Source: an uncultured Prevotellaceae bacterium
GTDB taxonomy: Bacteria > Bacteroidota > Bacteroidia > Bacteroidales > Bacteroidaceae
Assembly (NCBI GenBank): GCA_947170495.1
Contig: CAMVUB010000002.1
Span: 11,781 to 75,780, forward strand
Reading direction: 5' to 3'
Length of the DNA stretch: 64,000 nt
Part shown: piece by piece, positions 36,686 through 46,768 of the stretch
Layout: every line of letters starts with the position of its first letter
How positions within the stretch are numbered: position 1 is the first letter of the stretch
Notes under the pieces: model-generated
What the model saw: only the letters and a program-made list of their open reading frames with translations
What the model was told of the DNA's origin: nothing
Databases searched by the model: none
Made by a program: the position numbers and the translations under genes

Positions 36686-37951
36686 TTACCGAATCTTCAG
36701 CGTGACGATAGCAAGGGCGCACATCATAATCGTGATAATCCAAAAACGGGTGGTGATCTTCGACTCCAGCCAACAGCCCTTAGGCCAGTTCAGCAGCACA
36801 CGGAAGTCTGCAGGCAGCTGTCCCGGCTTCACACGGAAGGTGTCATGGATGGGAGCCCGCTTGAAGAAACGGAGCTTCAGACCACGCTTGTTACCAAAAC
36901 GTGCATAGTTGGTCTGCAAGAGGACGCTGACACTCTCGATGAAGAAGATGAAACAGATGAGCGGCAACAGCAGCTCCTTGTGAATGATGATGGCTGTGAC
37001 TGCCACGATACCGCCGATGGCCAGCGAACCCGTGTCGCCCATGAAGATCTGTGCCGGATAGGCATTGTACCACAGGAAACCAATCAGGGCGCCCACAAAA
37101 GCCATCAGGAATACCACCAACTCCTCGGAACCTGGCACAAACATGATATTCAAGTAAGCAGCCATGTTGATGTGTGAGGACACGTAGGCGAGGATGCCGA
37201 GCGTCAGACAGATGATGGCGGAGTTGCCGGCACACATTCCGTCCATTCCATCGTTCATATTCGCACCATTGCTGACGGCCATGACGATGAAAACGGTCAC
37301 GATGACGAAGAGGATCCAGCCGGCAGCGGTCCTGTACTGCCCCAACCACAGGAAGGCATCCGAGTAGCGCAGGTTGTTGTTCTTCACGAAGGGGATGGTC
37401 GTGACGGTGCTCTTGACAGGTTCACTCGTGTGCGTAACCACCTCTACCCCATTCTGACGTTCTGTGATTACATTCTCATGCACCACAGCGTCAGGACTGA
37501 GCCACAGGACAAGGCCTACGACCAGACCCAGCAGCGCCTGACCGGCCAGCTTGAAGATTGGGCGGATGCCGTCCTTGCTCTTGGACATCTTGGTGTAATC
37601 GTCCCAGAATCCGAGCAAGCCCAGCCACACGGTAGTGCCCAGCATGAGGAGCATATAGATATTACGCAAGCGGCCCAGCAACAAGGCTGGAACGACTGTC
37701 GCCACGATGATGATGATGCCACCCATCGTGGGCACACCTTTCTTCTCGACACCATACGGGTCGATGCTGGCATCGCGCTGCTCCTCGCTGAGGTTGCGGC
37801 GTTTCATGTACTTGATGAACCACTCGCCGAACCAGGCGGAGATGATGAGGGAGAGTACCAGCGTTAAGATGGCACGGAAGGAAATATAGGTCCACAGGTG
37901 AGCACCTGAGATGCCGAATTCACTGAGATATCTAAAGAGATAGTAGAGCAT
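36686..37951 (-). CDS. mraY: Phospho-N-acetylmuramoyl-pentapeptide transferase
   Basis: Start moved to ATG 37951 (MLYYLFRYLSEFG...). The track's 49-aa extension is a translated word repeat and overlaps the murE 3' end. Confidence 0.9.
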   Translation of the reverse strand: MLYYLFRYLSEFGISGAHLWTYISFRAILTLVLSLIISAWFGEWFIKYMKRRNLSEEQRDASIDPYGVEKKGVPTMGGIIIIVATVVPALLLGRLRNIYMLLMLGTTVWLGLLGFWDDYTKMSKSKDGIRPIFKLAGQALLGLVVGLVLWLSPDAVVHENVITERQNGVEVVTHTSEPVKSTVTTIPFVKNNNLRYSDAFLWLGQYRTAAGWILFVIVTVFIVMAVSNGANMNDGMDGMCAGNSAIICLTLGILAYVSSHINMAAYLNIMFVPGSEELVVFLMAFVGALIGFLWYNAYPAQIFMGDTGSLAIGGIVAVTAIIIHKELLLPLICFIFFIESVSVLLQTNYARFGNKRGLKLRFFKRAPIHDTFRVKPGQLPADFRVLLNWPKGCWLESKITTRFWIITIMMCALAIVTLKIR

Positions 37952-38003
37952 GGTTGAGGGATGAGGGATGAGGGATGAGGGTTTATGGTTGAGGGATGAG
38001 GGT
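37952..38003 (+). repeat. Word-repeat spacer (GGATGAG/GGTTGAG) at murE-mraY junction
   Basis: Fills the whole gap. It is related to the reverse complement of 25521-25554. Confidence 0.8.
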
Positions 38004-39467
38004 TTAGAGTTCGAAGGCCTCGCGGACGACCTCGTGGTCATCGAAATGGTGCTTGACACCTTTGATGTCCTGATAGTCTTCGTGGCCTTTTCCGGCAATC
38101 AGGATGACATCGCCGGGCTGTGCCATGGCACATGCCGTACGGATGGCCTCGCGACGATCCACGATGCTGAGAACCTTGCGCTTGTCCTCGGCCGTCGTGA
38201 TGCCGGCAAGCATATCATTGATGATGTCCTGAGGCTCCTCAAAACGAGGATTGTCGGAGGTAATGATGACGCGGTCGCTGGCACGCACAGCACTCTGTGC
38301 CATCAGCGGGCGCTTGCCCTTGTCGCGATTGCCGCCAGCGCCGCAGACGGTAATGCACTGACCCTTCTTCTGCAGGATCTCATTGATCGTGGCAAGGACA
38401 TTGTCAAGGGCATCGGGAGTGTGGGCGTAATCAACGATAGCGGTGACACCTTCGCGAGAGCGGATGGTCTCAAAGCGTCCGTTGACAGGTTTCAGCGTGC
38501 TGAGCACCACAAGCACGTCCTCCGGTTTTTTGCCCAAGCAGACAGCAGCGCCATAGACGGCGAGGAGGTTCGAGACGTTGAAACGGCCGATGAATTGAAC
38601 GAAAACATTGCGGTCGTTGATGTTCAGTTCCATGCCATCGAAGCCTTCCTCCAGGATGCGGGCACGGAAGTCTGCCATCGCACGGAGGCTGTAGGTCTTC
38701 ACCGTAGCCTTGGTGTTCTGTGTCATGAAGAGGCCGTTCTTGTCATCGGCATTGGTCACCACGAAGGCGTCTGCGGGCAGACTGTCGAAGAATGCTTTCT
38801 TGGCATCCCTGTAAGCCTCCACGGTCTTGTGGTAATCGAGATGGTCGCGCGTGAGGTTGGTGAACAAGCCGCCCTTGAACTTCAGACCTGCAATGCGGTG
38901 TTGTGCCACGCTATGGGAGCTCACCTCCATGAAGGCATAGCGGCAGCCCGCATCGGCCATGCGACCGAGCAGCCGATTCAGCGTGATGGGATCGGGAGTG
39001 GTATGGCTGGTGGGGATGGCCTCATCATCGATATAGTTGCAGACGGTGGAGCAGAGTCCGCATTGATAGCCAAACGCACGGAACATCTTATATAATAAGG
39101 TGGCGATGGTCGTTTTGCCATTGGTGCCGGTGACACCGATGAGATCGAGCTTTTCTGTGGGGTCGCCGAAGAAATGATGTGCCAGGGGACCCACCACGCA
39201 CTCGCTGTCGGCAACGCGGATGAAGGTGACCTGGGGCGCAGCACTGCCAGCAAGACCATCCGGACGGCTATAGACAACAGCGGCAGCCCCCTGCTCCACA
39301 GCCTTGGGGATGAACTGATGGCCATCCACCTGCGTGCCGGGAACGGCAATGAACAGGGTTCCATCCTTCACCTGACGGGAGTCGATGGCGATATCCGTAA
39401 TCTCAATATCCTGTGCCCCCTGCACGTCAAGGGGTTGGATGACTGATAGAAGTTCCGATAGTTTCAT
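38004..39467 (-). CDS. murE: UDP-MurNAc-L-Ala-D-Glu--2,6-diaminopimelate ligase
   Basis: [10 protein letters not shown] and a DNPR motif (TSDNPRFE). Confidence 0.9.
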   Translation of the reverse strand: MKLSELLSVIQPLDVQGAQDIEITDIAIDSRQVKDGTLFIAVPGTQVDGHQFIPKAVEQGAAAVVYSRPDGLAGSAAPQVTFIRVADSECVVGPLAHHFFGDPTEKLDLIGVTGTNGKTTIATLLYKMFRAFGYQCGLCSTVCNYIDDEAIPTSHTTPDPITLNRLLGRMADAGCRYAFMEVSSHSVAQHRIAGLKFKGGLFTNLTRDHLDYHKTVEAYRDAKKAFFDSLPADAFVVTNADDKNGLFMTQNTKATVKTYSLRAMADFRARILEEGFDGMELNINDRNVFVQFIGRFNVSNLLAVYGAAVCLGKKPEDVLVVLSTLKPVNGRFETIRSREGVTAIVDYAHTPDALDNVLATINEILQKKGQCITVCGAGGNRDKGKRPLMAQSAVRASDRVIITSDNPRFEEPQDIINDMLAGITTAEDKRKVLSIVDRREAIRTACAMAQPGDVILIAGKGHEDYQDIKGVKHHFDDHEVVREAFEL

Positions 39468-39478
39468 ATAGTTTGTTT

Positions 39479-41557
39479 TTATTTCATTTCAAGCGTAATG
39501 GTCTGCCCTTTCACAGCTTGCTGACCGGCATGGATGCTTTGTTTATAGATGTGGCCTTGTCCATGCAATGTCACCTTGAGCCCCAAGGGTTCCAGGAGGT
39601 TGACAGCGTCGCGGGCTCCCAAGCCTGTCACGTCGGGAACAGTACCGGCTTCAGCCTCCGGCACAGAGATGGGTGCCGGGGCCTCGAACACGGAAGTGCT
39701 GTCTGCGGCCTCATGAGCCTCGCGGAAGACGCCCTTGGCCATCACATACTGTGCCAGCTCGCTGAAGACCGGACCACACTGGCCGCCACCCGAGGCGGGA
39801 AGGCCGCTCTTCTTGATGCAGACGATACAGGAATACTGCGGTTTCTCGGAAGGATAGAAGCCACAGAAGCTGACCATATAACGGGCAGGAGAGCCGTGGT
39901 AGCTGCCATGCTCGTCGGCAACCTGGGCGGTACCTGTCTTTCCACAGACCTTGAACTGTTTGCAGCCGGCCTTCTTACCCAGACCTGTCGGGTCGTTGAC
40001 GACACGCTCCAGGATCTCATGTATGTCCTTCAGTGTGCTGGGCTTGCAAATGCGCTCCTTCACCACCTCCACGGGGAACTCCTTCAGGGTGACACCATCC
40101 TTGCGAATCTCACGCACAAAGCGAGGTTTCACCATGCGGCCATTATTGGCGATGGCATTATAGAAGGTGACGGTATAGATGGGCGGTATCTGCGTCTCGT
40201 AGCCGATACTCATCCATGCCAGCGCGGTCTTGCTCCAGTTGCTGCCGTCGGGTTTCGGACGACGCACACTGGGGAAGCCCTGTCCTTTGAACGGGAGCGT
40301 GAAGGGAACACCTACGCCTTCGCGATGCAGGCCATCGACATATTTCTCAGGATGCTGGGCGTAGTGCTCATCGATGATGCGGCTGACACCGACATTCGAC
40401 GAGAACATCAGACACTCATCGACCGAGATGGCACGACCGTAACCGCCCTTGCGCCAGTTGTGGTCTTTCATCACACGACCGTGCATGAGATATTGTCCGT
40501 TGCCCACCTGGACACTGTCCTTGCGGGTCACCATGCCATCTTCCAACGCCACCATGATGGAGGCCGTCTTAAACGTGGAGCCGGGTTCCCAGAGGTCGGT
40601 GATGGCATTGTTCTTCACCTCGACATAAGAGTAGTTGCCGGGAGTACCGAGACGGGTCATGTTGACAATCGCCTTCACATCGCCTGTAGCCACTTCCATG
40701 AGGACCACGACACCCACCTCGCCGTTCACCTCGTGCAGCTTCTTCACAAGGATACGCTCGGCGGCATCCTGCATGCCCACATCAATCGTGGAGATGATGT
40801 CCAGACCGTTGATGGGCTCCACATCCGTGCGATCCGTCCACATACGGCGCACCTTCTCGCGGTGCTTCTTACCATTGACACCACGCAGAATGCTGTCGTA
40901 GGCCAGCTCCAGACCATTCATGGCAGAATCGCTGGAGGACATCAGGTCACCCAACGTACGTCGGGCCATATTGCCGTAAGGCTTCTGACGCTGCGGGATC
41001 TCCTCGCCATACATGCCTGATTTGTTGCGGCCATAGCGCACATAAGGCAGTTTCAGGAACTCGCGGTATTGAATATAGGACGCGTTGCGAGCCAGCGTGA
41101 AGGTACGCTTACATTTGCGCGAAGAGTTCTCTATTGCCTTGGCATTGCGATAGGCAGTGGTGAGGAGATCCTTGTACTCCTTGACAGACTTCTTGGGGAA
41201 CAGACGGTTCAACCCGATGCTCAGGCTATCAACGTCCTTTTCAAAGTTCGTGTCACGCCACTGGCGGTGCTTACGCTCGGCAACGCTGTCATTACGATCG
41301 ACAACCACCAAATCGACATACAACGAGTAGATGGGCATAGACCCTACCAACAGCTGACCGTCGGCAGAGTAGATATTACCGCGAATGGCGGGGATGTCCT
41401 GCTGGCGGGAGGCCAGACGCTCACGCACCCGCTCCCAATAGCTCTGCTGGAAGAACATCTGATAACCTGCCGAGACGACGACGGCAACACCCACCAATGT
41501 CAGCAAGATGATGACAAAGGTGTAACGGGGGATAATATGTTTATGGTCGAAATTCAT
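39479..41557 (-). CDS. ftsI: Penicillin-binding protein (class B, FtsI/PBP3-type)
   Basis: N-terminal TM, transpeptidase motifs STFK, SSN and KTGT, and a C-terminal PASTA-like tail. Confidence 0.85.
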   Translation of the reverse strand: MNFDHKHIIPRYTFVIILLTLVGVAVVVSAGYQMFFQQSYWERVRERLASRQQDIPAIRGNIYSADGQLLVGSMPIYSLYVDLVVVDRNDSVAERKHRQWRDTNFEKDVDSLSIGLNRLFPKKSVKEYKDLLTTAYRNAKAIENSSRKCKRTFTLARNASYIQYREFLKLPYVRYGRNKSGMYGEEIPQRQKPYGNMARRTLGDLMSSSDSAMNGLELAYDSILRGVNGKKHREKVRRMWTDRTDVEPINGLDIISTIDVGMQDAAERILVKKLHEVNGEVGVVVLMEVATGDVKAIVNMTRLGTPGNYSYVEVKNNAITDLWEPGSTFKTASIMVALEDGMVTRKDSVQVGNGQYLMHGRVMKDHNWRKGGYGRAISVDECLMFSSNVGVSRIIDEHYAQHPEKYVDGLHREGVGVPFTLPFKGQGFPSVRRPKPDGSNWSKTALAWMSIGYETQIPPIYTVTFYNAIANNGRMVKPRFVREIRKDGVTLKEFPVEVVKERICKPSTLKDIHEILERVVNDPTGLGKKAGCKQFKVCGKTGTAQVADEHGSYHGSPARYMVSFCGFYPSEKPQYSCIVCIKKSGLPASGGGQCGPVFSELAQYVMAKGVFREAHEAADSTSVFEAPAPISVPEAEAGTVPDVTGLGARDAVNLLEPLGLKVTLHGQGHIYKQSIHAGQQAVKGQTITLEMK

Positions 41558-41622
41558 GACTCCTTATTTTCTATCTATTGACCTCTCTTTTTCTGTGACG
41601 CTCTCTCTTGTTTACATGGTAC

Positions 41623-42165
41623 TCATTCCTTCTTCACCCGGATGATGAACGGCGGCTCCGTGGCACTCATCAGCAGGCTGTCGCCCAACTGGCGCAGCTT
41701 CCGTTCGATGCTGCTCTGGCGGCTGGCCATCGTCAGCGCCGCATATTGGGTGAGGGCGTAGTTCTTCTTCTCCACTAGTTCCTGGCGCAGCTTCTCCTCC
41801 TCGATGATCTCCTGCTGGGCGGCATAGCGATTGGAGATGTACAGGATGCTCAGCAGCACCAACAGGAGGATGAACCAGATGTTACGGCGCAGGTAGCTAC
41901 CCAGCAGGTAGTCACCACCTAGGATCTCACGCAAAGACACCTGCGGCAGGTCCTCGCTGGAGAACAGACGCCAGCCCGAGCGCGGTGCCTCGCGTTCAGG
42001 TTCTTCAGTTTCTGCCACGGGGATATCATCGGGCACAGCTTCCGCTGCCGATGTCTCATCAGCTTCGGAAACTTCTTCGGCGTCCTCTTCCATCAGGACA
42101 TCTTCTTCGAGATTGGTGACGACCAAACGTACGTCGTCCTGCGAATCTTCGTCTTTACGTTTCAT
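41623..42165 (-). CDS. FtsL-like cell division protein (Bacteroidota type) with acidic N-terminal extension
   Basis: A single TM (IWFILLLVLLSILYI) followed by a coiled-coil. Lies between rsmH and ftsI. Confidence 0.6.
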   Translation of the reverse strand: MKRKDEDSQDDVRLVVTNLEEDVLMEEDAEEVSEADETSAAEAVPDDIPVAETEEPEREAPRSGWRLFSSEDLPQVSLREILGGDYLLGSYLRRNIWFILLLVLLSILYISNRYAAQQEIIEEEKLRQELVEKKNYALTQYAALTMASRQSSIERKLRQLGDSLLMSATEPPFIIRVKKE

Positions 42166-42201
42166 GTTGTTCTCTCTCTTTTCTCTAATATTTCTTCTAC
42201 C

Positions 42202-43131
42202 CTAGACCTTCTCTGCCACCCGCAGGCGAGCGCTGCGGCTTCGAGGGTTACATCGGATTTCTTCTTCATCGGCGGCAATCGGTTTGCCTATGAGCCGGTA
42301 TGGAGCCTGACTGCGCCCGAACACATCTTGTTCCACCTCACCTTCCACATTTCCGGCACGCATGAGATTCTTCACCATGCGGTCCTCCAAGGAGTGATAG
42401 GCGATGACCACCAGACGGCCACCGGGGCGCAACAGATCAACGGCGGCCGTCAGCATACTGCGCAAGGCTTCCATTTCGCCGTTCACCTCTATGCGCAATG
42501 CCTGAAAGGCGCGAGCCAGATCTTTCTTTTCGCGGTCGCGGCCCACCAGCGGGGTGAGCACCTGCGCCAGCTGGAACGTCGTCTCGATGGGAGCGGTCGA
42601 GCGTGCCTTGACGATGGCTGTCGCCAACCGTGAGGCCTGATGCAGCTCGCCATACAGGCGAAAGACGGATGTCAGCTGTTCCACAGAATAGCGGTTGACC
42701 ACCTCTGCTGCCGACATGGTCGCGGACTGATTCATGCGCATATCCAGCGGAGCGTCGGCCCTGAAGCTGAAACCGCGGCTGGCCTCGTCCAGATGATGAC
42801 TGGAGACACCCAAGTCAGCCAAGATACCATCAACACCATCCATTTCATAGTAGCGCATCCAATTCCGGAGATAGCGGAAGTTGGAGCGCACCAATGTCCA
42901 CTCGGCATCCGTGGAGTCTTCGGCCTCACGCTGACGCTCACACTTCTCGATGGCATCAGCATCCTGGTCAAAGCTGAAGAGGCGACCACCCGTTCCCAAC
43001 TGCGCCAGCAGTGCGCGGCTATGGCCGCCACCGCCCAGCGTCACATCCACATAAGTTCCATCACGCTTGATGTTTAAGCCCTCTAAAGAGGGGCGCAAAA
43101 GCACTGGAATGTGATAATTATCGGGTTCCAT
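42202..43131 (-). CDS. rsmH: 16S rRNA (cytosine1402-N4)-methyltransferase
   Basis: YHIPVLL, DVTLGGGGHS, GVSSHHLD. Confidence 0.9.
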   Translation of the reverse strand: MEPDNYHIPVLLRPSLEGLNIKRDGTYVDVTLGGGGHSRALLAQLGTGGRLFSFDQDADAIEKCERQREAEDSTDAEWTLVRSNFRYLRNWMRYYEMDGVDGILADLGVSSHHLDEASRGFSFRADAPLDMRMNQSATMSAAEVVNRYSVEQLTSVFRLYGELHQASRLATAIVKARSTAPIETTFQLAQVLTPLVGRDREKKDLARAFQALRIEVNGEMEALRSMLTAAVDLLRPGGRLVVIAYHSLEDRMVKNLMRAGNVEGEVEQDVFGRSQAPYRLIGKPIAADEEEIRCNPRSRSARLRVAEKV

Positions 43132-43135
43132 GGCG

Positions 43136-43143
43136 CAAAGGTA
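43136..43143 (-). promoter_or_regulatory. -7 box TACCTTTG only 4 nt upstream of rsmH ATG
   Basis: On the minus strand, GCTACCTTTGCGCC-ATG. Confidence 0.5.
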
Positions 43144-43348
43144 GCTACTTTATTTCAATTTTGAAGTATCCTTAGCGAAAATAATTCCTTAAAAAATCAT
43201 AATTCACTGTTTCTTGGTTTTTTATACGATTAAAGCTTCACTTTAACTGAAGAAACGGTTTAAGGAGGCGCAAGACAGCAGAAACGCTTTTTCCTATAGA
43301 AAAACGCAATTTTTCTTTACAAAATTTGGCAAAGCGAGCAAAAATACC

Positions 43349-43356
43349 TACCTTTG
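43349..43356 (+). promoter_or_regulatory. -7 box TACCTTTG with -33 TTTG (43325-43328)
   Basis: 20-nt spacing between the boxes. 34 nt upstream of ATG 43391. Confidence 0.55.
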
Positions 43357-43390
43357 TACCCAAATCAGCCTTTGAGGCACGTCTCTTTTT

Positions 43391-43747
43391 ATGAAAAAGA
43401 ACCTGAGGACCATATTATTTGTCATGGCGGCAATGCTCACGGGGGTCGTGATTCCATCACGGATGGCGGCTCAAGAGGAACGGACTGACACGCTCTCCCG
43501 TCAGCCTGCATTGTCCACTCAGAATCCTGAGGTTCAGAACCGAATGATGACAAGCCCGCTGCCGGTGAGCATCCGTCAGCAGGGACGGCAGATCTGCGTG
43601 CAGAGTCGCTATAACCAGATCCTGCCCATCTACACAGAGGGTGGCGTCTTCTACACAGCATTCCGCCTGTCGAAGGGTACCAATTGGTTGTCCGGACTGC
43701 CCAAGGGAACATATTACATCAACAACCGCAAGTTCACGATTTATTAA
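43391..43747 (+). CDS. Small secreted protein consisting of little more than a T9SS-CTD-like module
   Basis: 118 aa. Signal peptide MKKNLRTILFVMAAMLTGVVIPSRMAAQ. The C-terminal 55 aa (ICVQSRYNQILPIYTEGGVFY..LSKGTNWLSGLPKGTYYINNRKFTIY) look like a T9SS sorting domain. Confidence 0.5.
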   Translation: MKKNLRTILFVMAAMLTGVVIPSRMAAQEERTDTLSRQPALSTQNPEVQNRMMTSPLPVSIRQQGRQICVQSRYNQILPIYTEGGVFYTAFRLSKGTNWLSGLPKGTYYINNRKFTIY

Positions 43748-43772
43748 ACTTGCCACCCCAACCCTTCCCACC

Positions 43773-44576
43773 ATGTCTGAACAGAACGAATTAACCATTG
43801 ACCTTGAGCGTATTGTTCGGGAACGGGCAGGCAACAAAGTCCCTGGTTTTGTCATTCGTTGGCTCAAACGCCTCATCCACGAAGATTTTATCAATGAATT
43901 CCTGCGCCGCGGCCACGTGGGCGTTGACTTCTGCACAAAAGCCATCGAATACCTCCGCGTACAACTGAACGTGGAAGGCTTGGAGGAACTGCCGGCTGAC
44001 GGCCACTTCACCTTTGTTTCCAACCACCCGCTCGGCGGCATCGACGGCGTAGCACTTGGTGGTATCATCGGCACGAAGTACGACGGCCACGTGAAATACC
44101 TCGTCAACGACCTGCTGTTGAACCTGAAAGGGTTGGCACCAATCTGTGTAGGTATCAATAAGATGGGGGCTCAGTCGCGCAACCTGCCGCAACAGGTGGA
44201 CAGCGTCTTCCACAGCGACGATCAGGTCATCCTTTTCCCCGCCGGCATCTGCTCACGTAAGATCAACGGAGAGATTCGCGACCTGCCATGGGGCAAGGCC
44301 TTCATACAGAAAAGCATACAAACACAACGCGACGTCGTTCCCGTTCATTTTATCGCACAGAACTCACCCCGCTTCTATCGCATCGCCAACTGGTGCAAGC
44401 GTCTGGGTATCAAGTTCAATCTGGCCATGCTACTGCTGCCCGATGAGATGTACCGTTCCTGCGGAAACCACTATACCGTGCGCTTCGGCAAACCCATCCC
44501 TTACACCACCTTCGACACCACCCGCCGCCCCGTGGAATGGGCTGAATGGGTGAAGGAGAAGGTGTACGAACTGTAA
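43773..44576 (+). CDS. Lysophospholipid/PlsC-family O-acyltransferase (OlsA/GlsA-like)
   Basis: Start at ATG 43773. Acyltransferase block FVSNHPLGGIDG. Paired with the N-acyltransferase downstream. Confidence 0.7.
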   Translation: MSEQNELTIDLERIVRERAGNKVPGFVIRWLKRLIHEDFINEFLRRGHVGVDFCTKAIEYLRVQLNVEGLEELPADGHFTFVSNHPLGGIDGVALGGIIGTKYDGHVKYLVNDLLLNLKGLAPICVGINKMGAQSRNLPQQVDSVFHSDDQVILFPAGICSRKINGEIRDLPWGKAFIQKSIQTQRDVVPVHFIAQNSPRFYRIANWCKRLGIKFNLAMLLLPDEMYRSCGNHYTVRFGKPIPYTTFDTTRRPVEWAEWVKEKVYEL

Positions 44577-44595
44577 ACCATAACGTTCTAAGAAC

Positions 44596-45573
44596 ATGGA
44601 AGAGATCATTGCCCCTATTCCCGTTGACATCCTGATGAGCGAGCTCACCGAGGACAAGCGTCTGCGATTCACCAACAAGAGCAACAACGAAGTGTATGTC
44701 ATCACATGGCAGGACGCTCCCAACGTGCTCCGCGAGATTGGTCGTCTTCGCGAGATAGCCTTCCGCGCTGCTGGTGGTGGCACCGGCAAGGCTTTGGACC
44801 TCGATGAGTTTGACACCATGGAGAATCCCTACAAGCAGCTCATTGTCTGGGATCCCGAGGCAAAGGCTATTCTCGGCGGCTATCGCTACCTGCTGGGCAC
44901 GGAAGCGCGCTTCGATGAAGCGGGGCAGCCCATTCTGGCGACATCCCACATGTTCCATTTCTCAGAACAATTCATCCGTGACTTCCTCCCCTACACCATC
45001 GAGCTGGGGCGCAGCTGGGTCACCTTAGAATATCAAAGCACGCGCGCAGGCGCAAAGGCCCTCTTTGCCCTGGACAACCTCTGGGACGGACTGGGAGCGC
45101 TCACCGTCGTCATGCCAAACGTCCGCTATCTCTTCGGCAAGATGACGATGTACCCGAGCTACGACCGCCAGGCACGCGACATGATCCTCTACTTCCTCAA
45201 GAAACACTTCCCCGACCCCGATCAACTCATCCTCCCGATGAAACCGCTCGAAATTGAAGCGGACAGCGACAAGCTCGCTGCCCTCTTCAGCGAGGATGAA
45301 TTCAAGGCGGACTACCGCATCCTGAACCGCGAGGTGCGTCAGCGTGGCTATGACATCCCGCCGCTCGTCAATGCCTACATGAGCCTCTCGCCGACGATGC
45401 GTATGTTCGGCACAGCCATCAACTACGGCTTTGGCGATGTCGAGGAGACAGGCATCCTGATTGCCGTCGATGAAATCCTCGACGAGAAGCGCGTGCGCCA
45501 CATCGACAGCTTTGCCAAAGACCACCCCGAGGCCATATCATTTACCAGCGGGGCCAACAAACTGATATCATAA
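44596..45573 (+). CDS. Hemolysin-type GNAT N-acyltransferase (OlsB/GlsB-like)
   Basis: 325 aa with REIGRLREIAFRAAGGGTGKALDLDEFD..., characteristic of amino-acid-lipid N-acyltransferases. Confidence 0.7.
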   Translation: MEEIIAPIPVDILMSELTEDKRLRFTNKSNNEVYVITWQDAPNVLREIGRLREIAFRAAGGGTGKALDLDEFDTMENPYKQLIVWDPEAKAILGGYRYLLGTEARFDEAGQPILATSHMFHFSEQFIRDFLPYTIELGRSWVTLEYQSTRAGAKALFALDNLWDGLGALTVVMPNVRYLFGKMTMYPSYDRQARDMILYFLKKHFPDPDQLILPMKPLEIEADSDKLAALFSEDEFKADYRILNREVRQRGYDIPPLVNAYMSLSPTMRMFGTAINYGFGDVEETGILIAVDEILDEKRVRHIDSFAKDHPEAISFTSGANKLIS

Positions 45574-45613
45574 AACTACCTATTATACCTCTTATTAGGC
45601 TTATCATCTAACT

Positions 45614-46768
45614 ATGATTACCATTAAGAAAGTAGAAAGTAAAAGCGAATTACGCGCTTTCATCCGTTTCAACTATCATCTTTATAAAGGAAATCCCTAT
45701 GCCGTGCCCGACTTCCTGGAGGACATGCTCGACACGTTCAACCGCCGTAAGAACGCAGCCTTTGAGTTCTGCGAGGCAGACCTGTTCCTGGCATATCGCG
45801 ACAAGAAAATCGTAGGCCGCGTAGCAGCCATCATCAACCACAAGGCCAACAAGACATGGCAGGCGAAGAACGTCCGCTTCGGATGGATTGACTTCATCGA
45901 GGACATCGAGGTACTGAAGGCGCTGCTGGACACCGTCGAGCAATGGGGCCGCGAGCGCGGCATGAAGAAGATCGTAGGCCCGCTGGGTTTCACGGACATG
46001 GACCCCGAGGGTATGCTCATCGACGGCTTCGACCAGCTCTCCACGATGAGTACCATCTACAACTTTCCCTACTACCCCCGCCTCATCGAGCAGCTGGGCT
46101 ATGAGAAGGAGATCGACTGGGTGGAGCGCAAGGTGATGGTCCCGACCGCCGACGAACACCAGGCCGACATGCAGAAATACTTCCGCGTGGCTGAGATGAG
46201 TATGAAGCGCTACAACCTGCACATGCGCCACTTCAAGAATGCCAGGGAGATCCTGGCCGAGGAGGACGGCAAGTACGTGCAGAAGTGCTTCAACGTCATC
46301 AACAAAGCTTACGCCGACCTCTATGGCTACTCCGAGATGAACGAGCGTCAGATCCAGCAGTACGCCACCACCTACCTGCAGTTCCTGGACATGCGCCTGC
46401 TGGCCATTGTGGAGAACGAGCAGAATGAACCCATCGCGATGGGCGTCGGCATGGGCTCCCTGTCCTATGCCCTACAGAAGGCCCACGGCAAGCTGTTCCC
46501 CTTCGGCTGGTGGCATCTGGCCAAGGCCATCTTCATCAAGCCGGCACCCGTCATCGACCTGCTGTTGGTCGGCGTGCTGCCTGAGTACCAGAACAAGGGC
46601 GTGAACGCACCGCTCTTCGCACAGATCATCAAGGTCGCCCAGAAGATGGGCTTCGTATGGGCTGAGACCCACCCGCAGCTGGAGTCCAACGAGAAGAGCC
46701 AGGGCCAGTGGGCACACCTCGACTGCACCATCCACAAGAGAAGAAGGTGCTACCAGAAGGACCTTTGA
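45614..46768 (+). CDS. GNAT-fold protein of unknown specificity
   Basis: 384 aa with GRVAAIINHKAN...RFGWIDF and a C-terminal VLPEYQNKGVNAPLF block (acetyltransferase motif A-like). Confidence 0.55.
   Translation: MITIKKVESKSELRAFIRFNYHLYKGNPYAVPDFLEDMLDTFNRRKNAAFEFCEADLFLAYRDKKIVGRVAAIINHKANKTWQAKNVRFGWIDFIEDIEVLKALLDTVEQWGRERGMKKIVGPLGFTDMDPEGMLIDGFDQLSTMSTIYNFPYYPRLIEQLGYEKEIDWVERKVMVPTADEHQADMQKYFRVAEMSMKRYNLHMRHFKNAREILAEEDGKYVQKCFNVINKAYADLYGYSEMNERQIQQYATTYLQFLDMRLLAIVENEQNEPIAMGVGMGSLSYALQKAHGKLFPFGWWHLAKAIFIKPAPVIDLLLVGVLPEYQNKGVNAPLFAQIIKVAQKMGFVWAETHPQLESNEKSQGQWAHLDCTIHKRRRCYQKDL

Noticed and set aside
37952-38098. A 49-aa N-terminal extension of the mraY ORF.
   Set aside because: It is a translation of the word-repeat spacer and the murE 3' end. 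The conserved MraY N-terminus starts at ATG 37951.
43457-44158. A 233-aa minus-strand ORF in the position where mraZ might be expected.
   Set aside because: It has no resemblance to MraZ. It is antisense to the small secreted protein and the acyltransferase gene, with Ser/Pro/Arg-rich shadow composition.
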